Position numbers and translations under genes: made by a program. The notes under the pieces are model-generated. The model had not been told where the DNA came from and did no database searches. It saw nothing but the letters and a program-made list of their open reading frames with translations. From Bradymonadia bacterium (GTDB lineage Bacteria; Myxococcota_A; Bradymonadia; UBA7976; UBA1532), in the NCBI GenBank assembly GCA_046290225.1, contig JBKAGE010000079.1, positions 192,001 through 256,000 of the forward strand: a DNA stretch of 64,000 nt, given 5' to 3'. Shown piece by piece: positions 56,534 through 64,000 of this stretch; the first letter of the stretch is position 1; each line of letters starts with the position of its first letter.

Positions 56534-56737
56534 CGTCTGGGCCTCGGGGCGAAGGGCCTGCACCCGGCGTACGATGGCCGGACCCAGGATGTCGTCAGGG
56601 AAGGGGGGCAGAGCGCCGGGATCGATGGCCTCTTCAACAGGGGTCATCGACCAGCCCTCAGGGCCATAACGTACCGGCAGCGCTTTGCTGCCAGGGGCCG
56701 GCGAGGGGCAAATCTGAAGCTCCGATGTAATCGACAT
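56522..56737 (-). CDS. Small hypothetical protein (71 aa)
   Basis: GAGGAGG SD before the ATG at 56737 (MSITSELQICP...TPSC*). The stop lies within the tandem repeat. Confidence 0.55.
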   Translation of the reverse strand: MSITSELQICPSPAPGSKALPVRYGPEGWSMTPVEEAIDPGALPPFPDDILGPAIVRRVQALRPEAQTPSC

Positions 56738-56822
56738 GGGGACCTCCTCGATGACCCGAGGTGCCGTGGGCACGCTCGAGTGGTGGGGATGCTAGCGAAA
56801 CACCCCAGTTCGAATCCGCCCG

Positions 56823-56834
56823 ATCTGTACAGAT
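56823..56834. promoter_or_regulatory. Perfect 12-bp palindrome (candidate operator)
   Basis: ATCTGTACAGAT, overlapping AGATATCT and the direct repeat CGAT(C/T)TGTA at 56821 and 56839. Confidence 0.4.
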
Positions 56835-56900
56835 ATCTCGATTTGTATCGAGCAGGGCAGACTCTGGCTGGTCCCGACGAAAGAGATCAGCTCAGAATTC

Positions 56901-57140
56901 TCAACTCAGAATTTTCTGGAGCAACGGGTGCAGGTCGTCCGTCAATTCCCCAGGAAGCACAGAACCCTTGCTGCTGGCCATGGCCGACATGAACAGATCG
57001 AGGCCACGGCTGTGGTCGTTGGTGGTGGCCAGACGGTCACACTGAGCTTCGGGGGCCTCGCGCATGGCCTCGAAGGCGATGGTGTCGAGCATGTGATCCG
57101 CAGCATCTTCGGTGATGATGGCCTTGCCGTGCTGAGCCAT
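56901..57140 (-). CDS. Small hypothetical protein (79 aa)
   Basis: GAGGAG SD, GC3-rich codons, MAQHGKAIITEDAADHMLD... Confidence 0.6.
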   Translation of the reverse strand: MAQHGKAIITEDAADHMLDTIAFEAMREAPEAQCDRLATTNDHSRGLDLFMSAMASSKGSVLPGELTDDLHPLLQKILS

Positions 57141-57259
57141 GGTGCTTTCTCCTCATCGGTGACTTGAAGTGGGCCTTTCGACCCGCGCTCTGAGTTAATC
57201 GGTCTTATCCGGAGGACTTTTTAGGGGGGTGAGCGAAAAAAAATGCGAAAGATGGCTAA

Positions 57260-57622
57260 ATGGTCGAATTGGAAGAAATAAAAGCTGGTCGTTTTTTCTG
57301 CTTCTCCCTTGGGAACGATATCTCAGGTGGGGGGTGGGTCATCGCGACCACCCCAGAAACGGTCAGTGTGGCCCTGAGCGAAGGGGTCTGGTCGTGCACC
57401 CCCAATGGGCTGGCCATCGAACAGATGGGCTGGCTGGTGGAGCACATCGTGCTGCGTCTTGAGGCCCTCGACGGGGTCACGTGGGTCGGCGAGGGCACCC
57501 TCGACCCGGAGCTGGTGGCCCGACATGAGCAGTGGCTGGCTCAACCACCCTCGGCCCGGGTGATCACCAACGCGCCACCTCAGGTGCTCGTCGCTGCGCT
57601 CATGGGTGAGGTCGAGGGATGA
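57260..57622 (+). CDS. Hypothetical protein
   Basis: Open frame with a GC3-rich 3' part and an ATGA overlap with the GNAT gene. Start uncertain. Confidence 0.5.
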   Translation: MVELEEIKAGRFFCFSLGNDISGGGWVIATTPETVSVALSEGVWSCTPNGLAIEQMGWLVEHIVLRLEALDGVTWVGEGTLDPELVARHEQWLAQPPSARVITNAPPQVLVAALMGEVEG

Positions 57623-58086
57623 TGTACGTGGCGTCGGTGCACGTGAGCCAGGGAGAGATCGCCGATCACGCCTCTGTGCTGGCGGTGATGCACGCTGCCT
57701 TCGCAACAACCCGCGAGACACCGTATCCGTCGAGCGCTTTGAAGCTGACCCTGGCAGATCTCGCCGAGACGCAGACTCTTGTTGCTCGAGGAGAAGATGC
57801 CCAGGTGCTCGGCGCCGTGACCTGGGCACTGCGAGGGCAGGCGGTGTCGTTCAGTCGCCTGGCGGTCGAGCCATCACGGCAAGGGCAGGGGATCGGCAGC
57901 GCGATGGTTGAGGCTATAGAGCATATGGCCCGTAGGGTGGGGGCCGCTCGGGTGGAGTGCACCGCTCGATCCATATACCCTGACAATCGTAGCTTTTACG
58001 CCCGCCGTGGGTACGTCGTGGTGGGCTACTCCGGCCGCTATGGCGTCCCCGATATTCGCACTCACCTCACCTTACCTCTGGGGTGA
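57619..58086 (+). CDS. GNAT-family N-acetyltransferase
   Basis: [18 protein letters not shown] (acetyl-CoA motif A), [10 protein letters not shown]. Confidence 0.88.
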   Translation: MMYVASVHVSQGEIADHASVLAVMHAAFATTRETPYPSSALKLTLADLAETQTLVARGEDAQVLGAVTWALRGQAVSFSRLAVEPSRQGQGIGSAMVEAIEHMARRVGAARVECTARSIYPDNRSFYARRGYVVVGYSGRYGVPDIRTHLTLPLG

Positions 58087-58162
58087 TCTCGGGAAACTGT
58101 TGCGTTCAGCGGCGTCACAGATACACTCCCCCCCGCAGCGATGGCGCTGCATTGGAGGTATT

Positions 58163-58381
58163 ATGGCCAAAGAAGAAGCCATTACGGTCGAGGGGACGGT
58201 CATCGAGCCTCTCCCCAACGCGATGTTCCGGGTCGAGCTCGAGAACGGTCACAAGATCCTGGCCCACGTCTCTGGGAAGATGCGCAAGTTCTTCATCCGC
58301 ATCCTGCCCGGTGACAAGGTCACCGTCGAGGTGTCCCCCTACGATCTCACTCGCGGTCGGATCACCTACCGGGCCCGTTGA
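58163..58381 (+). CDS. infA: Translation initiation factor IF-1
   Basis: [78 protein letters not shown]. Confidence 0.98.
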   Translation: MAKEEAITVEGTVIEPLPNAMFRVELENGHKILAHVSGKMRKFFIRILPGDKVTVEVSPYDLTRGRITYRAR

Positions 58382-61300
58382 GCCTGAGCGAGCCCGCACC
58401 GCCCTTTGTCGATCTTCAGCCCCTCGGACGGGGGGCCATGGGGGTGGTGTTTTCAGGGCAGCACCCTCGCAGTGGTCGGGCGGTGGCCCTCAAGGTGCTC
58501 ACCGACAAGGGTGCTTTCGATCCTCGCTATCAACGTGCCTTCCGTGAAGAGGTTCGTGCCTCAGCGGCGCTGGACCATCCCCGCATCGTCTCCACCTTCG
58601 ACGTGGGACGTCTCGCGGCACCTCTGAAGTACGTCGACGACGGTTGGCAGGCGCTGTGCCCTGAGGGCAGCCCCTTCCTGGTGATGGAGCGGGTACACGG
58701 CGAGCCCCTCACCCGATGGCGAGGGCAAGTGCAGTGGGCACCGCTGAGGCACATCGTGCTCGCGCTGCTCGATGCCCTGGCCCACGCCCACGCCCGTGGG
58801 GTGATCCATCGCGATCTCAAGCCGTCGAACGTGCTGTGGTTCCCCTGTAAGGGGGCCTTCGATCTCAAGCTCACCGACTTCGGACTGGCCCACGCTCTCG
58901 ATCGAGACGGCCGTTTATCGGGTGGCCTGGCTCGAGGAGGCACGCCGGCCTATATGTCACCCGAGCAGATCGAAGGCCGATGGCGCGACTTCGGTCCATG
59001 GACTGATCTCTACGCACTCGGCTGCCTGATCCACGCTCTGGTCTCTGGCCACTCACCCTTCGCCCGGCCCACGGCGAAGGCCAGTCAGGAGGCTCACCGC
59101 ACCCTGACTCCTCCGCCGCTCCTGCTCGACGAGGCACCGCCGGGATTCTCCGCCTGGGTTGATCGCTTGCTGTGTAAATCGCCAGAGGGACGGTTTCGAT
59201 GTGCGGCTGATGCAGCCTGGGCCTTCGTCGGCCTCGACGAGCGCCCTTTCGAGGGCCCTGTGCCCTGGGTGGCCCCCCTGGGCATGGAGCAGGGGCCTGC
59301 ACCGCTGGAGGAGCCTGCCAGCGAGCCGTCGACGGCATGGTACCCCTCAGGTGCGCAGGAGGTCTGGTTCGACGCCGTCACCGCCGTGGGCGCCAGCCCG
59401 CAACCCTCAGATGCCCCACCGATCCCTACAGACTGGCGCACCCCGGGAGTAGAGGACGGCCGTTGGGCGCCGCGCCCCCCTGGCATGGGCCTCGCCCTGT
59501 TTGATCAGAGATCCACCCCTCTTGTGGGCCGCGGTCCCCTGTGTGACGAGCTGTGGTCCAGCCTGAGGCTCGTCGACGCCTTCCGCGGCCCCCGAGGTGT
59601 GGTGCTGGAGGGCGCAGGTGGAGTGGGCAAGAGCACGCTGGCGCGCTGGCTGACCCTGAAGGCCTCTGCCTTGGGCGCCGCCACAGTGCTCAAGGCCACC
59701 CACAGCCAGAGCCTGGGGCCCTTTGACGGCCTGGGTCCGATGGTGGCCCGGGCCCACCAGTGCCTCGGCCTGAGCCGGGAGGCGCTGAAGGCACGCCTCG
59801 ATGAAACCTTGAGCAAGTGGTCCATCGGCGGATCAGCGGAGGCCCTCACGGGGGTCATCGCCGGAGATTTGCCCGGCACACGGGGGGTGAGCCGGTTCGA
59901 GCGCCTCGCCGATCACCTCGGGCGCCTTGCCCGACAACGACCGCTCATCGTGTGGGTGGACGATGCACAGTGGGGCCCCGAGGCGTTGTCCTTCGGGTTG
60001 CATCTTTTCGACCAGGCCGCTCGGGGCAGGCCCTTGCCGATCTTGATGGTGATCACCATCAACACCGATCGTCCGCCCTCGGGTCGAGCGGAGATCCTGC
60101 TCCGACGCTGGCGCCAGCGCCCCGAGGTGCAGCGCCGCCGCATCGACCCTTTGGAGGCCCCCTCGATGGGGGCACTGGTGACCGAGATCCTGGGGCTCTC
60201 GCCGCCCCTTGCTCAAGAGGTGATCCGTCGCACACGGGGCAACCCGCTCTTCGCGGTGCAGCTCGTGGGCGACTGGGTGCACCGTGCGCTCCTGGAGAGC
60301 GGCCCTGAGGGTTTTCGACGCACAGGCGAAGCGCCCGAGTCCCTGCCCGACGAGCTGCACCTGCTCTGGCAGGACCGTCTCCGGTACGCCCTTCGGGTGC
60401 TCACCTTCGACGGGTGGTGGGTCATGGAGCGCGGCGCCATCCTGGGCCAGACGGTCGATCTCCGCGAGTGGGCTGCCGCCTGCGGCTTCGATCGTGGTCC
60501 CGCCCGTGAGCGCATGGATTTACTGCTCAACCGCCTCGCCGACGAGGGGTTGATGCTGCCTCAAGCAGAAGGCACCGAGGCGTGGCGCTTCGTGCACCCG
60601 ATGCTGCAAGAGGCGTTGATACGGCACGCTCGGGAGTCGGGGCGTCTGGTGGCGCATCATCTGGCCTGCGCCCAGATGCTCGAGGGCAGGAGAGTCCCCC
60701 TCGACCAGGGGCGCCGTGGAGAGCATCTGCTCGCCGCAGGTGAAGCTCACCAGGCTCTCAAGCCCCTGTATACCGCCGCCTGGGATCGCGCCATCGCTCG
60801 AGACTTCGAACGGGCTGAGATCTTTGCCCGGCGCTGGCGCGCTGCTGCGCGTCAGTCTGGCCTGAAGGCTGACGATCCGCGGCGGGGGCAGGGCGTGATC
60901 CTCGCGAGCCGTATCGCCCGGGGCCGAGGGCAAGGGCGCCGCAGCCGGTGGATGATCGAGGCTCTGGAGAAAGCGGCCCGGCGCTTCGGCTGGGGTGAGG
61001 TGCGAGCCCGGGCCCTCGTTGATCGCGCCTGGGCGCTGGAGAACGAAGGCCTCTGGGCACAAGCGGCCGATCTACTCGACGAGGCTGCAGAGCTGGCTCA
61101 CGACTTGGGATTGAGGGGTCTCGAGGCATCTACGCGACGGAACCTCGGGGCGATCCTCATGCAACGCGCAGGGGCCGAAGAGGCCCGGCGACCCCTGCTC
61201 GCCGCGATGGATCTGCACCGTGGCGGTCGATGGCCTCATGGTGAGGCGTTGTGTCATCTCGAACTGGCACAGCTCGATCGTATGCACGGCGCGTTGAGCG

Positions 61301-61839
61301 AGGCTGCGGCGCATTGCAAGCAAGCACGGGCGATCTTCGAGCGATGCAACGCCCCCTGGGGTGTCGCCGCCGCTGACCTGGAGCAGGGCCGGGTGTGTCA
61401 GGCCCTGGGTGATCTGTCGGCTGCTGAATCTCTCATCGCCGGCGCCGTAGAACAGTATCGAGCCACCCAGAGCGAGGGCCGCCCTGTGGCGGAGCTGTCT
61501 CTGGCCTGGGTGCGCCTGGCCCAGGGGCACGTGGAGCAGGCCCGTACGATCTTCGATACGGTGGAGGGCCACTTCGCCAGGGCAGGGCGCCGTGGTCGGG
61601 CGTTGAGCGCCACCCTCGGTCGCCTCGCCGTGGGCCTCGGGGTGACCACCGAGCTGCATTGGGATCGGCTGCTCGAGCGCGTAGAGGTGGAGCTCGCCGC
61701 CCACCACACGCGGGAGATCGACCACTTGCTTCACATGCTGAGAGCGCTCGCTGATCGGTTGGGCACCGAGGAGCAAATCGAGGCCCTGGCCGCGTTGAGG
61801 CTTGAGCCTGACCACCTTCAGAGAGAGGAACGCCCATGA
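58378..61839 (+). CDS. Ser/Thr protein kinase + P-loop (STAND-like) ATPase + TPR repeats
   Basis: [33 protein letters not shown]; Walker [10 protein letters not shown], Walker B IVWVDD, GNPLF; C-terminal helical repeats. TTGA overlap with infA. Confidence 0.88.
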   Translation: MSLSEPAPPFVDLQPLGRGAMGVVFSGQHPRSGRAVALKVLTDKGAFDPRYQRAFREEVRASAALDHPRIVSTFDVGRLAAPLKYVDDGWQALCPEGSPFLVMERVHGEPLTRWRGQVQWAPLRHIVLALLDALAHAHARGVIHRDLKPSNVLWFPCKGAFDLKLTDFGLAHALDRDGRLSGGLARGGTPAYMSPEQIEGRWRDFGPWTDLYALGCLIHALVSGHSPFARPTAKASQEAHRTLTPPPLLLDEAPPGFSAWVDRLLCKSPEGRFRCAADAAWAFVGLDERPFEGPVPWVAPLGMEQGPAPLEEPASEPSTAWYPSGAQEVWFDAVTAVGASPQPSDAPPIPTDWRTPGVEDGRWAPRPPGMGLALFDQRSTPLVGRGPLCDELWSSLRLVDAFRGPRGVVLEGAGGVGKSTLARWLTLKASALGAATVLKATHSQSLGPFDGLGPMVARAHQCLGLSREALKARLDETLSKWSIGGSAEALTGVIAGDLPGTRGVSRFERLADHLGRLARQRPLIVWVDDAQWGPEALSFGLHLFDQAARGRPLPILMVITINTDRPPSGRAEILLRRWRQRPEVQRRRIDPLEAPSMGALVTEILGLSPPLAQEVIRRTRGNPLFAVQLVGDWVHRALLESGPEGFRRTGEAPESLPDELHLLWQDRLRYALRVLTFDGWWVMERGAILGQTVDLREWAAACGFDRGPARERMDLLLNRLADEGLMLPQAEGTEAWRFVHPMLQEALIRHARESGRLVAHHLACAQMLEGRRVPLDQGRRGEHLLAAGEAHQALKPLYTAAWDRAIARDFERAEIFARRWRAAARQSGLKADDPRRGQGVILASRIARGRGQGRRSRWMIEALEKAARRFGWGEVRARALVDRAWALENEGLWAQAADLLDEAAELAHDLGLRGLEASTRRNLGAILMQRAGAEEARRPLLAAMDLHRGGRWPHGEALCHLELAQLDRMHGALSEAAAHCKQARAIFERCNAPWGVAAADLEQGRVCQALGDLSAAESLIAGAVEQYRATQSEGRPVAELSLAWVRLAQGHVEQARTIFDTVEGHFARAGRRGRALSATLGRLAVGLGVTTELHWDRLLERVEVELAAHHTREIDHLLHMLRALADRLGTEEQIEALAALRLEPDHLQREERP

Positions 61840-62882
61840 TCACCCTGATGGTTTTGAGCGCTGTACTCGCCGGCCCGTTCCCGCCTCTTACCGAAGACGG
61901 CAAGCCGAACATTCAGAGCCGCGCTGCGGTGGTGATCGATCTCGACACGGGAAAGACCCTCTATGCCCGGAAGGCCGACGAGGTGAGAGCCATCGCCTCG
62001 ATCTCCAAGGTGATGGCCGCTCTGGTGGTCTTGGACAAGGGCCTCGACCTCGAGGCTGACACCCGCCTGAAGAAAGAGGATTGGGCGGCGGCGAAGGGTG
62101 GCCCGTGGGGTCGACTCAAGCCCGGATGGCGCATCAACCACCGCGATCTACTCGAGGCGGCCCTCGGGGCCTCGGACAATGTGGCAGTCATCGCCATGGG
62201 GCGGGCCGTGGGCCTCAGCCCCAAAGCCTTTGGCAAGGCCATGACCGCCAAGGCGAAGGCCCTGAGCTTGAAGCACATGAAGTTCAGAGAGCCCACGGGG
62301 TTGAGCTATCGGAACAAGGCCACGGCCCGTGAGGTGGTCGTCCTGCTCGCCGAGGCCATGAAGCGTCCCGAGCTCGCCGATATCCTCAAGGCGCCCACGT
62401 TCTCCATCGAGCCCGTGGGCACCAAACGCCGCCTTGAGTATCGGCACACTGTGCGCCCGCTCTGGGGCGGTAAGTGGGTGATCCTCGGGGGCAAGACCGG
62501 CTTCAACAAAGCGGCGAAGTACAGCGTAGTCATGGCCAGCAGGCTCAAAGACGGCCGCCGGCTGGGCATGGCCTTCCTCGGTGCTGACGGCAAGCTGACC
62601 CGCTTCGGAGATTTTGGCCGGGTCATGCACTGGCTCAAAGAGGCCCCCAAGGGGCAGACCTTCAAGGCCAGCTCAGATAAAAAACAATCAGCCAGGGCCA
62701 TGCCCAAACCTGACAATCAGGTGTCAAAGGGCCGGGGTAAACGGAGCGTGAAGACCACCCACGCTCGCCCCGAGGCCGGTCGAGCTTCTGCGAAGAAGGC
62801 CAAAGCCAGGCGCGCAGAGGCCGAGTCAGAGCCGCCGAGGGTGCGGGACGAAGACGCCCCCCCGGGCTGGAGCAATCCCTGA
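61836..62882 (+). CDS. D-alanyl-D-alanine carboxy/endopeptidase (S11, PbpG-like)
   Basis: IASISK (SxxK), SDN, EPTGLS, KTG; basic C-terminal tail. Confidence 0.88.
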   Translation: MITLMVLSAVLAGPFPPLTEDGKPNIQSRAAVVIDLDTGKTLYARKADEVRAIASISKVMAALVVLDKGLDLEADTRLKKEDWAAAKGGPWGRLKPGWRINHRDLLEAALGASDNVAVIAMGRAVGLSPKAFGKAMTAKAKALSLKHMKFREPTGLSYRNKATAREVVVLLAEAMKRPELADILKAPTFSIEPVGTKRRLEYRHTVRPLWGGKWVILGGKTGFNKAAKYSVVMASRLKDGRRLGMAFLGADGKLTRFGDFGRVMHWLKEAPKGQTFKASSDKKQSARAMPKPDNQVSKGRGKRSVKTTHARPEAGRASAKKAKARRAEAESEPPRVRDEDAPPGWSNP

Positions 62883-64000
62883 TGGGCACCCCGTTCAAAG
62901 AGCGCCTCAACCAGGCCGCCATCTCCGACATCGCCACGGCCGTACAGAGCGCTTGGGCAGAGTTTCCCGCCGCTGCGTTCATTCAGACCGCCAGCGATGG
63001 CCTCGACGCCCTCGAGCTGATGGCCCGAGTGGCCCAGATCGCTCAGGCGTTGGGGCAACACTTGCCCGACGACTTCGCCACGGCCAGCGATGTCCTGGTC
63101 CGTGCCCTCGGTGAGGCTGCACCGGTCGATGCGCCTGAGGCCGCTACGCGCGAAGGGCAGGGCATCCGAGGCTTTCTCGCGCTGCCGGTCACCCGGTGGG
63201 TGGCGGACTCTGGCCAGGAAAACCCTCAGGCTGCTCTCCAGGCCTTGGGGGAGATGACCAGCCGGTTCAGCGCTGAGTTTGACATCCGGGCCTTCATCGC
63301 CCAACACCCTGAGATCACATGGGCTCAGCTGAAGGTCTGGGCCACCGATGCAGATCCCCATCGGCGACGGCTCGCCAGCGAGGGACCGAGGCCCTACTTG
63401 CCATGGGGCCGTAAGATCAAAGCCCTCATCGAGGATCCGGCACCTGGGCTCGAGATCCTCGAGATGCTCCGCGACGATCCTGAGCTGTACGTGCGGCGGT
63501 CGGTGGCCAACCATCTGAACGACATCGCCCGCCACCAGCCCGGTCTGGTGGTGCAGGTGGCCCGTCGATGGTTGGAGGAGCCCCTCGAAGGGGAGGCCCT
63601 GGCGCGACGGCGTCAGATGGTGCGTCACGCTTTGCGGGGGCTGCTCAAGAAGGCCGATCCGGGGGCTCTGGATCTCATGGGATATCACCGAGAGAGCCCC
63701 GCGCAGATCGAAGGTCTCAGCGCCGACGACACTGCGAGCCTTGGCTCTGCGCTCACATGGTCCTTCGAGGCTCACAACCCCTCAGATGCACCTGTTCAGG
63801 TGCGCCTCGACTATGTGCTGCATCGACCCCTCGCCAAGGGCAAGATCGGCACGCGCATTTGTCACATCGCCGAGCGGCAGCTTGAGGCCGGCCAGCGCGT
63901 GCTCTACGACCGCACTCACAGCTTCAAGGCTGTCACCACCCGATCTGACTATCCAGGGGCGCATCGCATCGAGGTGCGGATCAACGGTGTGGTGAGATCA
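62882..64000 (+). CDS. HEAT-like-repeat DNA alkylation repair glycosylase (AlkC/YhaZ-like); 3' end off the window
   Basis: Manual translation from ATG 62882 (TGATG overlap): MGTPFKERL...MTSRFSAEFDIR...RRLASEGPRPYLPW...DDPELYVRRSVANHLNDIA...HSFKAVTTRSDYPGAHRIEVRING. Confidence 0.88.
   Translation, partial: MGTPFKERLNQAAISDIATAVQSAWAEFPAAAFIQTASDGLDALELMARVAQIAQALGQHLPDDFATASDVLVRALGEAAPVDAPEAATREGQGIRGFLALPVTRWVADSGQENPQAALQALGEMTSRFSAEFDIRAFIAQHPEITWAQLKVWATDADPHRRRLASEGPRPYLPWGRKIKALIEDPAPGLEILEMLRDDPELYVRRSVANHLNDIARHQPGLVVQVARRWLEEPLEGEALARRRQMVRHALRGLLKKADPGALDLMGYHRESPAQIEGLSADDTASLGSALTWSFEAHNPSDAPVQVRLDYVLHRPLAKGKIGTRICHIAERQLEAGQRVLYDRTHSFKAVTTRSDYPGAHRIEVRINGVVRS

Noticed and set aside
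56780..56820. GTTCGAATCC suggesting a tRNA T-loop
   Set aside because: The flanking bases do not form a T-stem, and no cloverleaf or acceptor stem can be built.
56880..56920. Frameshift or readthrough joining the two small ORFs via the 14-bp duplication
   Set aside because: All three minus-strand frames stop here, removing one copy still gives a stop, and the downstream ORF has its own SD.
62717..63775. 352-aa minus-strand ORF
   Set aside because: Shadow of the + strand AlkC-like gene.

Overview
High-GC bacterial chromosomal segment. Its lipoprotein/MopE-motif/Ser-Thr-kinase content suggests a Myxococcota- or Bradymonadia-like organism (inference only). I saw no rRNA, tRNA, CRISPR array, transposase, integrase or phage genes. 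About 50 CDSs are supportable. Housekeeping genes: sthA, uppS, hrpB, xth, leucine dehydrogenase, infA, an AlkC-like glycosylase, and a complete trpEGDCFBA operon. Signalling genes: a CreB/CreC-like pair, an HsbA/HsbR-like module, a diguanylate cyclase, a PAS histidine kinase and two Ser/Thr-kinase-fold proteins. Transport genes: a porin, an orphan TRAP permease and an SLC12/CCC homologue. There are also many exported proteins and lipoproteins. Features missing from the ORF track: a 32-aa trp leader peptide with four tandem Trp codons and a full attenuator, and the two edge-truncated genes. Best candidates for undescribed biology: (i) two paralogous pentapeptide-repeat proteins with an identical C-terminal tail, divergent from a catalytically dead sigma54-activator-like regulator; (ii) a lipoprotein with two tandem di-haem DUF1111-like domains (4 CxxCH), coupled to a beta-propeller lipoprotein behind an AT-rich palindrome; (iii) a pseudokinase-HEAT protein coupled to a degenerate HD-GYP-like protein; (iv) a four-gene cluster of exported peptidases; (v) a structured, inverted-repeat-bounded ~215-bp element upstream of a DEDDh exonuclease operon. 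All family assignments come from motif recognition by eye, not from database searches.
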